Part shown: piece after piece, positions 52,702 through 63,236 of the stretch
How the letters are laid out: the number at the start of each line of letters is the position of its first letter
How positions within the stretch are numbered: position 1 is the stretch's first letter
Assembly (NCBI GenBank): GCA_036172245.1
Contig: JAYWIR010000007.1
Span: forward strand, 682,001 to 746,000
Direction: 5' to 3'
DNA length: 64,000 bases
Source of the DNA: Raillietiella orientalis
Lineage: Eukaryota
Notes under the pieces: model-generated
Told to the model about the DNA's origin: nothing
Seen by the model: the letters and a program-made list of their open reading frames with translations, nothing else
The model's database searches: none
Program-made: the position numbers and the translations under genes

Positions 52702-52790
52702 CTAGCAGGCTGGACATGGTCGTGGCCTCGAAGACGTAGACGCTCTCCTTGAAGTTCGGGAAGCTGAACTCCACCTCGGTCAAGAGATCC
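52702..52790 (-). CDS. DEG/ENaC gene exon (DLLTEVEFSFPNFKESVYVFEATTMSSLL), immediately before TM2
   Basis: Acceptor cattccag|G, consensus donor G|gtgagt; matches the beta11-beta12/pre-TM2 segment ending in LL. Confidence 0.87.
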
Positions 52791-55700
52791 CTGGAATGAC
52801 CCGGGGAAATCCTGTCTGGTAAGGGCTTGAGGGTGCCGCCCGCGCAGAGGGGACAGGAGGGGAGGGGGAGGGAGGGGCTCCTCATCAGTGAGGGAAGAGG
52901 CGCCGGGGTCTCCGCAGCGAGATGGGGATGGCGTCGGAGGCAGGGACTGTGCGCATCCGCGGTTCCCACCCCACCCGTGTGGGTGGGGAGGAAACCCTCT
53001 CGTCTCCGCCTTCCTCTTGCCGGCACCCTGAAACCAGCATCGCTTCTGGGACGACGGACAGGCGCCCCTCCAGGAAAAGAGGTAACGCGCCCACGACCCC
53101 CATCATTCCTTCCTTCTGCTTTTGCGTCATCCTCTGTGGTCCCGCAGATCTTCTGGCAGTCCGGAAAGACTCTTGAGGATCCCGCCTATCACCGGAGAAA
53201 GCGTCGCTGGAAACAGCCCAGGGAGGGCAGGGAGAGGAAAGTGGGGAGACAGAGAAGCAGTCTCCTAACCCCCTTCCTCCCCCTCGCGCGCTCAATCCTC
53301 CAATTGCCTTCCCCTCAGGTCCCTTCACTCCACTTTCGCGACGCGCCGGTCCTCTCTTACCCTGGAGCGAGGTTGTACTTGACCTGGACCTCCTCCACGT
53401 AGTCCCTGCCGATGTTCGACTCGAAGACCTCGGTCTTGTAGAGGAACTTGACACACGGGTGGGAGCAGTACTCTGGGCCGGGAAGAGGGAGCTGAAGAAG
53501 AGAGGAGACGGACCCCTACCTTCGAACTTCCAGATCTCGATCTCCTGTTCCCTCAGCAACGCGATGACGTCTTTCGGCTGGCACCAGTCGTGGCTCTCGC
53601 TCACTGGTGTCCGTCCGGGCAGCATTTGGGAAGAAATAAGATGGACGCTGAATATCGAGAAGAGCGCGGCCGTTCAAGAAAGAAGGAGAAGGAAGGGGGA
53701 AGAGAAGCTAGGGAGTAGTCCCTCCCTCCCTCCCCTCCCTCTCCCCCACCTCCCCCGGCTACCAGCCTCGGTTTCGAGGCGCTGCCTCTGATCCCTCCTC
53801 CCGCGCAATTCCGGCCTTGGCGGCAGGCCGGTCACGTGATCACGCTTCCCCATCTCGAGAGGCACAGGGAGATGGACCCTACCGGGTTGAGTGGGAGCAG
53901 AAGGCGGCTACAGCGTGCAGCGATCCTTTAGTAGGAGGCTCAAAAAGGACCGTCATGCCTGACCCTCTGCTCCTTGTCCGCTTCCTACACCCCGTGCAGA
54001 TGTCAGCACGTGGGGAAAGAGAAGTTCCATCTGACCCATTCACCCCGGACGCCCCGCACAGAGGCTCATGGCGCTCAATGCTGGGAAATCCTCCTTCCCG
54101 GGGAGAGAAGATGACCGCCATTCCCCTGTAGGCAAGTTGGCGACCAATCCGGAAGGTGCAGCCACGCCTACATGCTGCCATCCCGTGGCCTCTGAACTTG
54201 CTCGTTCCACCCCCTCCTCATTGCCCCGAAACCTCCTGGAAAGAAAGCCGAGGGGAAGGAGATGGGGCGTCGCAGCAGGAGCTCATGTTACGACGTCGAC
54301 GGGAGCAAACCGCCCCCTTTCGAGAGTCTAGCCGCGCCTAGACAGAAAGCAGTGCCTGCGAAATCCCCGATTTCGTCTCTTTGCCACCCCGGGCCTTCCC
54401 GGGATCGATCCCTTGGGACTCCGAGATTAGCGTGCGTTCCCCCCCTCCCCCGAGGGGAGGAGGCGGATTCCCGAGGAACCTCCCACGGCATCCTGGAGCC
54501 GAGTGAACCAGGGAAATGTCGGAGGAGGAAGGGAACTCCCGTCGGCCTCTGCCCCCGGCATTTCTTTCCGAAATGCGCGTCCCACCTCCCCGGTCTCCTC
54601 CCCCTCCTCTCGAAGCGAAGAGCTCCGAGCGATGACGTCACCCGTCCGACTGCCTCCGGCTGCGCTGCCGCTGGCCTTTCCTTTGAGCGACGAGCGCTGC
54701 ACTGACTCTGCACGCGAGCGCCCTCTTCTGTTGTTTTTCCCTGCTCCTCTCCCTCCCACAGAAGCCTCAGCTGAAGAAAACGATCGCGGCATCGCCTTCG
54801 GAGTGTCCTTGTCCAGGAGGGGAGCAGCATCTCATCCACATTCACCGTGCCCGGGAAGGAAAGGGGGGGGGAGGAGGAAGGAAACTGGGATAGGGCTAGA
54901 AACCACCCCACCCACCTACCCCCATAGTTTGCCTCCTCCATCCTGTTTCCCTCGATCCCTACTCCCGAAGTTCTGCCGCCTTCCCTCGCCGGTGGCGATT
55001 TCCTCGTGCAGCGATTTGCGGTCCAGGGGAACGACCTCTCCCGGGCTTTCCCGTCCTAGAGTTCGCTCCCCCCCCTCATTCGGAATTTTTTGGAGGATGC
55101 GAACGCTTTTGCAGGTTTCCTGTGGTCCTTCCTCCCCCCTCCCGTTTGTTTGGTCCCTGCTCTGTCCTCTTCTTTCGGCATCAACACCAACTGCAGGGAA
55201 CCGGTCGCGAACCTGACCTCTCGCGACCTCGCCTCTCTGCGAGCCGTCGTCGGAAAGAACAGATCCCTGCACCCTCCATTCTCTTCCTTCTCCCTTCCAC
55301 CGTTTGAGGACCTCGAGTGACGAGGACGTGCAGCTCCCGTGTCAAGAAACCACGCAGCAGGGGCGGTGGTGGATGGAGGGAAGTTTTGGGAAGGGGAAAG
55401 TTTCTTGAAGAGCTTCTTCTAGGAAGGCCCCCCGTACGACGGCAGGAAGCAGAGGCCCTTTTTCCTACCCTCCTCGCTCTAGGACTCCCCTTGCTAAGGG
55501 AAGCTGGCGAGCCAGTGACCGCAGCACCAGGCGGCGCTGTTCCTCGAACAGCCACGGGGAGACGCGCGAGAAGCAAACTTGATCTCTCGGTAGTCCTCCA
55601 CTTTCTGCCTCCTGGAGGCACGACCACCATGAGGGGGAAAGTCAATCCGGTCTTCCATCTCCTTCAATCCACTCCAATTTCACCTATTCCTTCCCGCCGC

Positions 55701-58700
55701 CCTTTCCCTCCGATTCGCGTGGTGCTGTCCTTCGAGCCAGCGCCCTCGCTCCAGGGCAAGCTAGCCAAGAGAGGAAAAGAGGAGCTCCCGGGAGCACGTG
55801 ACGGAGAAGGAGAATAGGAAAGGGGATAAGAAAAGGGGTTCTGTAGTATCCGGAGCCCGGGGGCGAACTCTTTTCTCCCTCTTCCTTGTCGCTCGCGCGC
55901 GCCACCTCGACGACGTACAGTGTTTCCCGGTCTTCCCGAGCGAGCAGGGATCGGGCAGCTCCCAGATGCCCCCAACCGCTCTCCTCCTTTTCCCCATCTT
56001 CCGAATCCGGTAGATTCCCAGTTACAAGGAGGGGCGGGGGAACGAGGTGGATCGGCGCTCGCGAAGGGAGGGACACGGGAACGAGGATGGACACTTCCCA
56101 GCAGCGTCGAGGCGGCGGCCGTCCCCTTCCTTCCCGTCGCTCGGGAAGAGCCGCTTCTGGCTACGCAGATTAACCGGGAAGGGAGAAAGGGCACTTCTCT
56201 AATATCGGGGATTATGGACGGGACTCTCTGATGAACGGGATGAAGAGGGGATGGCTCTGGAACTGACGTCTGCTCCCCCGACCCCTTGACGGCGAGGAGC
56301 AGAGCCGCCTCCACTCCCCCTTCCTCTCTCTTTCCCCGCCCTTCCGGGAGGGGAAGCTCCTTTCCTCTTCCCCCTCGATCCTGGCTGCTAACCTTCGGGC
56401 ACGCCGAGGGTTCACTCCCTACTCAGTGGTGGGGACAACGCCCCTGGAGAGCAGCGAGGTAGCTCCGGGTCTCATCCCGCCTGCCTACCATTGCATAGCA
56501 GGACGATCCAGGAGAGCCTTCCCTGATCGATCTCCTCCCGTGGATGTTCCGCGGACATTCACGTCCCCTCATCCTCCTTCACTGCTTCGCGAGACCGGAA
56601 ATCAGACTGGCGTTTCGCACTTGCAGGAAACGCCGCCGGCCAGCGAGCCAGGCGCCGCCACCGTCGCAGCGACCACCTCCCTGGGAGATGGTGCTGTGGA
56701 TGGTTGCGAGAGCAAGCGCCCAGCAGCCGGACTCTTCTGTCCTTCCGCTCTCCTCTTCCCTCTTCCTGCAGGCACGCCAGCTGGAGAATGCAGAATGTCC
56801 CTGCCCTGCCCTCGAGAGATCGGACGCGGATTTGGTCAGCGCCTCTGACGGCCCTCCCGGCCTTTGACGGGGAGGAGGGAAGGAAGTACCGTTTCGAGGG
56901 AATATCATCGGGATGCAGCCGTGCTTGGAGCTGATCCTGTCGATCCAGGCCATGATCCCGGGGCAATTTTCAAGGTAGGTGAGGGCGATTTCCTCCAGGC
57001 TGGCGTCGTCGCTCGGGTTGGGAAAGCAAGAGAACCTGGAGGAGGACAGGTCCAGTCTGACGTTGGAGAAGTCCTTCTGGAAAGAGCGAGGAAATTCAGG
57101 CTCGCGCGATTGGAAAGCGACAGGGAGTCGCTAGCCAGCCACCTGTCACTTCTCGTTGCCCACGGTGGCGACAGCGGTGGCGGCGCTGCACCCGCTCGTA
57201 GCCTTCGGGGCATCTCGCTCGGCGCCTCCAGCCCTACAGTGGACCCAGGAACGGAGCGCCGAGTGCGAACACGGGAGCAAAGATTTTACGACCCCTATTC
57301 CCCTTCCTTCTTCTTCAAGGCTCGGGAATTGAAGAGGTTCCGGTGACCGAGATCTTCCCCCTCCTCTCCCCATCTTCCTCCCGAGGGAACTTGGACGAGC
57401 CTCCAGCATCTTGCGGGATGGACCGATCCCCAGAGCGCCGCCTAACGACAGAGGAGCGCTCAACTAGGCACTCTGACCCGCAGCAAGGCGAACAGACCCC
57501 TTCCCCTCTTAGGAGGCAAAGGAAGGAGTCTGGTCTCTTGGAAACCGTTGCCGACGGCTCAGCGCATGCCATGGGGAGAACCAAGGCTCCGGGCTTCAGC
57601 AAGCCGGGCGTGGGAATCCTTCGAAATTCCTGCAGAGCGCTAAGAGGAGCCTTAAGACTCTTCCGAAGAGAGCAGCGCCTGCAGGTCGGAGACTGGGAGA
57701 ATCCCCCCGCCTCGGAGGGAAACTCCCTCTGCCATCGCCTCACCGCCTCCGTGTGGCTCTCTCGGGACTTCCGCGCCTGCTTCCCTGTCCGTGCTGCTTC
57801 GAAACGGTCGCGTTCCCTGCACTCCAAGGAGACCCTTGACCTGCCACTCTGCACCTCGTTCGTCCCGTCTCCTGCAGCAAGTGCACCCGGATCCATGACC
57901 GAATAGGAAGCGATGGGAACCCTGCCTTCTCCGATTGCACCCTGGAACGGAGGTAGAACCCTTGAAGGTGGCGCGGGGATGCTTTTTGGTGGCTGCAGAG
58001 AAACTTCTTTCGGAAGGAGACAGTTCCAGGCGAACTCCCCTGTAGAGCGCATACCTCAAGTCCTTTCGGGCGTGCCCCTTCATCGGGTCCACGAGTCAGA
58101 TGATTCATGGCGGGTGACGTCACTTTCCATCCTCATCACAGAGCTTCCCCTCCCCCTGCTACACGGCGCAAGAAGCAGGGAGGAGAGGGGAGGGGAGGAG
58201 AACGCCGGAAGGAGGGAACTCGAGTTCGTAGGAGGGATGGAACAAGGCGACCCCCGCGGCACCGACCTCTCCTTTAAATAGGAAGGACCCCGCGCCATCG
58301 GAGAGTTTCCCGACGCTGTGCAGTGGGCTCATGCGCGGGAGGCACCGCCTGCCGCGGAGATCGCCTCATGGGCATGCGGACCGGTCACGGGACAGGTAAC
58401 CACTTGAAGGGAGGCAGCAGATGAGGGTGGAGGACACAAGCTCCAGGGAAGTTTTTCAGCATCGCGAAGCGATCCCACAGCCGCGGCCAGGGAGCTCCAG
58501 GGAAGATCTCCGCATGTGCGCCCTGATTTCCCTCTGTCTCTCAGCTCTCCCGTCCTCCTCCCCAAGGACAGGTTTCCCGCTGATCCACTTTCTCCAGAGA
58601 GATCCACCGGAGGAGGATCCCGGACTTCCCCAGGCGTCTTGGATTCCGCCTGTCCTTCTATATCAAGCATCTCGAATTTCCTCCGTGCTCCTTCCTTTCT

Positions 58701-61700
58701 TTCTCTTCAGCCTCCCCGATGAGATTTTCTCCGATGACGAAGGATCTTCGGAAAATCATCCTCTTTCCTCCCTTCTCTCCCCTTCCGGACACAATGGCCG
58801 CTCACACAGCCGCTCCCGGCCATGTCTACCTCCGTCCCTTCGATATTGTCGGGTAAGCATCTCCGATAGGGGATCGCAAATGAAACGCTCCCCGTTGCCA
58901 GGGACATCAGCGCATTGTCGGGTTGTCAGGAACTCGGGATCTTTTAGCCTCACTATTCTCGGATCCTGCGTACCTGGCATCCTCATCCGCGTTATGGAGG
59001 GGAGACCTCCGCACATCCGTTCCGGGAGAAGCATTCTCAATTAACCTCTCAACTAACCCACCCTATCGGAGAAACGGGGGAGTGAGGGAGGGGCAGGGTG
59101 AGTTGAGAAGAGACAAGGCCATCCTCTGCAGCTCGCAAACATGCGATCCAGTGGTCGCAGCTGGACCGGGAAAGCAGCCGGCGCACCAGCGGAACTGTCT
59201 ACCTTTCACCAGATTCACGGAGGAATCGGGAGTACGCTCGACTTGCGTCCGCAGCCCGGCAACACGGGTGAGAACTCCCTGAACTCAGCGCTATGTGGGC
59301 AGCAACAGCTCCCGCATGTGAGTAGACGGTTGTCTTTGGGAGCGGTGGAGCTTTGGATCACCGCCTCCACAGCTCCTTGTTTCCGGGAGACCACGACCCG
59401 GGGTTTGAGACCAGCAAGGACGCTGCAAGCGCTAGAGGCGAGAGCGGGTGCGTTGACATACTGATGCACCCGCAGAGCGACGCAGATCTCTCTGCAGGAC
59501 GCTCTTGAGAACCACGAGAACATCTCAGCGATGGCAGTGTCGGCCCGAGAGCGAGTGGCCAGCGGACGCAGAAGCGGACAAAGCAGGTTGCTGAGCGGGC
59601 CGGTAAACAGGAGAGAGTTGACCGCGCTGGCGGCCACGTGGCTGCAGCGTCCGTTTGTGGCGCCAAGCGTTGTGGGTTCGAATCCCACCGGGAGAAGGAC
59701 CGACTCCGAGAACAGGAGGCGCTTTCATGTGTTTCGATTCCTCCTGCAAGATGACGCTGGCTGGCCTTTCGGGTGCGCCACTGGTGGAAACAGTCGCAAA
59801 CCCCGCATGCCCCCGTTGGTTGGTAGGGATTGGAAGTCGACCCTCCGGGGTCTTTCCAGGACATCAAGAAGCCCTTTGGGGTTCCCCTCTGCTTGTGAAA
59901 ATGGGACCGCCCTCCATCTCGTACCATAAAGCTGGTGGATTGATGATGGACCTCTCCGGTGTGCAAGCGCGCTGCTCCCTTCGGGGAACGCCCTCCAAGG
60001 AAATTGGGAAGCGTCCCTTCGGGGTTCTCTTCAAGGGGAAAAAACAAGGAGCGGGGATCCTTTCCGGGTTCCCTCCGAAGAAACAATGGAGTGGCTCTTC
60101 CAGATGGCCCCTCCGGAGAGAACAAAGAAGAGGTTCCCTTCCTGAGTTTCTTTTCAAGCGTAAGAGAGAAGGGCGACCCTAAATCCATAGGGTGGTCTCC
60201 ACAGGGTGCCCCTTATAACTTGAAGAGTCACGCGCACCCTCGAGTGGCGTTTCGAAAAAAATAAAAAAACAAATTGGAGAATGGACTGCGAGAACGCGTC
60301 CACTCCTGCGCATTGCCGGACTGTTCGAGCGCCTGTTCCGGCAAGTCCTGAGGCAACCGGGGGAGACTCGAGATCCCCTCCCCCCCTTGTTCACAAGCAA
60401 CTTTGACTTCCGCGCGCCTGCGACCGCCGCACGGACTGCCGCCTCACACCACGCTGCTCGCACCCACAGCGCTGCCGCAAGGGGACGGGCGTCGCCGAGG
60501 TCACGCGCGGTGACGGCCACCGGTCGCCACAGAACCGGAGGAGGAAGACGGAAGGGTCACCTGCTGCTTCGACAGCCGGACCGCCGTGCGATACCCCGGC
60601 CTTGCGAAGACGTCCGCTTCTGCCACGAAGGCGACGCTGTCGGCGTTGTTCAGGTAGATCGGGAAGAGCACCTCCTCGGTGAAGTACCTCACGATGTGCC
60701 CGTCCATCCCTGAGGAAAGAGGAGGAGGGGGAAGGAGGATCGGAGAGAGGGACGGCTGCAGTTTTACCCTCCGCAGCCGGCACCCACCCCACGAAGGGGA
60801 GGGAAGGGGAAGCTCACATTTGTTGGCTGAGAACCGGAGACCCAGCTTCAGCTTAGAGTAGGGACCGAAGTACCTCTGCTTGACCTTGACACCGTGGGAG
60901 GAATAGCACTTCCCATAGATGGTCAGCACGGGACTCTGGAAGTAACGGTCGCAGCACTCCCGTCCTTCCAGGTGCAGGATGTTAGGCATCTGGCAGTACA
61001 GGATGATGTCCACGCAGCTGTGGGGACAAGGGTGCAGGTCAGCCTCCTGTTGAGGATCTCCGCCCCTTGTTCCCGATCGTCCTTCGCTGTCGCAGGGCGC
61101 CTCCTCCTCCTCCGCGATGCGAGGGGAATTCACGACCGTTCTTTCGTTCCCAGAAGGAAAGAAAAAACAGCGATAGGAATAGCCTCCACCCCCAAGGGGG
61201 ATCGCATTGAGCTGCCGAACGCCTTAGGGAAGCGTGAAAAGTGGGCTCTTGGGGAGGGAACTGGTCCCCGTGCCTTCTTTCGCGGAAAGGGTGGATGGCC
61301 TGCTCTCCCGCTTGGCCTCTCTTCCACTCTTCCCTGTGTATCATTCGAGGAGGTCAGATTCGCTGTCCCTGTGGACTATGGGAAAGGGAGGTGGCCTCTA
61401 GGCGCAAGCGTTGGAGGGAGGACGAAGGCCAGCAAGCACCCTTCAGCTCCATCCGTCGCCTAGGTGCCATGACTTCTTCCTCCCTCGGAGCACTGGCGTT
61501 GCCATCTTTCTACTATTCCCTGCTGCCCATGTGCCGCCGGCAGTCCGGTGCGCTGCCGATCTGCCCTCGCACGCGCTGGTACCCCGGTGGCGCCTCGCGC
61601 CATCCTCCCGCATCGCACGCGGACGCTCTCAATGGACGTTTCAAGAAGCCGTTCCCTCCGCTGTTCGACCACCACAGCTGGGAGTGCGCCCTTCCGCGTC

Positions 61701-62203
61701 TCTTCGCTCACGCCCCAGAGGTTCCTACCCCCCCATCACAGCTGCGGTGGGGAACGTCGCACTGTTCGTCCGCGCGTGCACCCCTCTCCGTCCTCTCAGC
61801 GTCTTCCGCTACACGGGGCCCGGAATGTTCCGTCGCTGCGCGCGATCTCCGACCTCCTACGAGGAATCGCCACCCGCGAGTCCACGCCCCTCCCCACGGA
61901 GGGCAGGGGAGGGGCGGGAGGCCGCGCGCACCCTGCCACAGAGCCTCCCGAGAGGTCCTTGAGGGAGGCGGCGATCCCGCTTTCCCTGGCGAGGCTCCCT
62001 CGCGCGGCGGGCGGCCGGGCCTTACGTGATGCTGAGCTCGTTGTACAGGTCCACCAGCGCCCTCCCGTACGCCTTCATGAATCGCTCGTACGACGACTGC
62101 AGGTCCCTGTGCTGCTGGGTGTCGTTGAGGAAGTTGATGTTCATCATGAAGTACAGCCACGGCAGAGTCATATAGGAGATCTCGCTCTTGTTGAATTTCA
62201 TCC
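52702..62203 (-). CDS. Partial multi-exon DEG/ENaC (pickpocket / ASIC-like amiloride-sensitive sodium channel) gene, extracellular domain; 7 exons found
   Basis: Exons 62203-62026, 61017-60818, 60709-60561, 57076-56890, 53603-53520, 53472-53361 and 52790-52702 all have AG/GT borders and join in frame (intron phases 2,1,0,1,1,2). The translation shows DEG/ENaC landmarks in the right order: C-x-D-I-I-L-Y-C, F-x4-L-T-I-Y-G-K-C-Y, A-R-P-G-Y-R-T-A-V-R-L, G-C-I-P-M-I-F-P, C-S-H-P-C-x4-Y, and the pre-TM2 segment V-E-F-S-F...T-M-S-S-L-L. TM1 and TM2 exons were not found. Confidence 0.88.
53361..53472 (-). CDS. DEG/ENaC gene exon (YCSHPCVKFLYKTEVFES...KYNLAP)
   Basis: Acceptor cccag|AG, donor GG|gtaaga; C-x3-C-x4-Y motif at the end of the thumb. 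Confidence 0.87.
53520..53603 (-). CDS. DEG/ENaC gene exon (SESHDWCQPKDVIALLREQEIEIWKFE)
   Basis: Acceptor acaccag|TG, donor G|gtaggg; followed by a 47-nt intron. Confidence 0.8.
56890..57076 (-). CDS. DEG/ENaC gene exon (thumb: KDFSNVRL...FSCFP...YLENCP...KHGCIPMIFPRN)
   Basis: Acceptor ctctttccag|AAG (phase 0), donor G|gtactt (phase 1); 187 nt fits both neighbouring exons exactly; GC3-rich. Confidence 0.85.
59620..60273 (+). mobile_element. tRNA-derived SINE, copy 2, antisense within a DEG/ENaC intron
   Basis: B-box GGTTCGAATCC at 59675-59685, preceded by ttGTGgc (tRNA-His-like anticodon loop). Body homologous to copy 1, plus a longer internal segment; A-rich tail at about 60254-60273. 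Confidence 0.75.
60561..60709 (-). CDS. DEG/ENaC gene exon (MDGHIVRY...FARPGYRTAVRLSKQQ)
   Basis: Acceptor ttcctcag|GG, donor CAG|gtgacc; 108-nt upstream intron; PG-x-x-T beta-strand motif. Confidence 0.88.
60818..61017 (-). CDS. DEG/ENaC gene exon (CVDIILYCQ...LTIYGKCYSSH...GLRFSANK)
   Basis: Acceptor ccccacag|C, donor T|gtgagc; contains the T-x-Y-G-K-C-Y motif. Confidence 0.9.
62026..62203 (-). CDS. DEG/ENaC gene exon (finger region: MKFNKSEISY...VDLYNELSI)
   Basis: Acceptor gttgcag|GG, donor AC|gtaag, GC3-rich; phase 2 joins the next exon (AC+C = Thr). Confidence 0.8.
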
Positions 62204-62289
62204 CTGCAACAAACGGACGCACCGGTACGCCGGGTCTTCCACACAGTTGCCTCGGGCCTTCATTTTTTCAAAGCAAAAAAAACGTCGTT

Positions 62290-63236
62290 CACCCCTTCTT
62301 GCCCTGGTGCTGCCCTCCCCGTGGGAAGAAGCAAGAGACGGCGACCTTCCGGAAAAGTAGGAGGCGACGTGCACCATTGACAATAGGGAAAAGGATCTGC
62401 AGGGGTGGACAACTCGGAAGCGACCCAGAGTGTCCCTCCAAAAGGAATGCTACGTTGGAGAGAGCTACCAGAAATTCCTCCGGAGGTGCGGTGTCCCCCG
62501 GTGTGCCGGAGCAGTGCAACCCTCGCCCTAAAGTGGCAGGAGTCGTCTATTCTTCTGTTGCATTGGGGACTCCCGTGCAACGTCCACCAATATTACTAGA
62601 CCCAGGGGAGTGTGAGCCCCAGCTGCGGCAGGTGCGGGGAAGGAGGGTCCCTCCCGCACCTGCTCGTGGATTGTGTTGCCCGCCGCCCTTTGTGGGAACG
62701 CTCTGCCGCGTCCCTGCGAAACCCCGAGGGCAACCCCAGAGCACCTTTTCCTGCGCGATGCCCTCACGCCGGCCGCAACCCCAGCAGCACTTTGCTGCCT
62801 ACGCGAGATCGTGGCTGCATGGAACAACGCAAGAAGAGGCTACGACAGCAGGGACGCATCTATTTTGCCGACCTCTTCATGAGGACAGCGTCAAGATGTT
62901 CCCATCTGGGAGTCTTGAAACAGGAACTTGCCAGCATCCTGGCAAGGATGCAGAGAACGCCCTCTAGCACACGGTGATCCCTTCTCGAACCCTCCCAATT
63001 TGTTTCCGTGTATATTTTCTTGCTTTTCTTTTCCTTTTTGTTGTTTCCTCTTTCCCTCCGCCGCCGAGGCGAACCTCGCCGGACTGCGCGCCGGTTCCTG
63101 GCAGGTTCCTTTCCCTATATGCACCCACGGTCAGTGGCAGGACCAAGCGTCCGGCCACTCACCTGTACGTTTATTTCCTTACAAATAAACGCTTCGACAC
63201 AACCGAGTGTTGATCAAAAATAAAATAAAATAAAAA
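62290..63236 (+). mobile_element. L1/Tx1-like non-LTR retrotransposon, 5'-truncated copy D with A-rich tail, antisense within a DEG/ENaC intron
   Basis: LALKWQESSILLLHWGLPCN and PSCGRCGEGGSLPHLLVDCVARRPLW; hairpin at 63065-63094; aataaa near 63184 and an (aaaat)n tail at about 63215-63236. Confidence 0.85.

Noticed and set aside
59460..59560. FSRASCREICVALRVHQ as the DEG/ENaC thumb exon
   Set aside because: It has a tempting C-x3-C, but no good acceptor in the required phase and its donor is phase 2. Exon 56890-57076 fits both neighbours exactly and has coding-like codon usage. A mutually exclusive exon is unlikely on phase grounds.
59620..59695. Functional tRNA-His gene (also 4765-4837)
   Set aside because: B-box and anticodon-like loop are present, but acceptor and anticodon stems do not pair properly and the sequence runs into a shared repeat body, so it is a SINE head.
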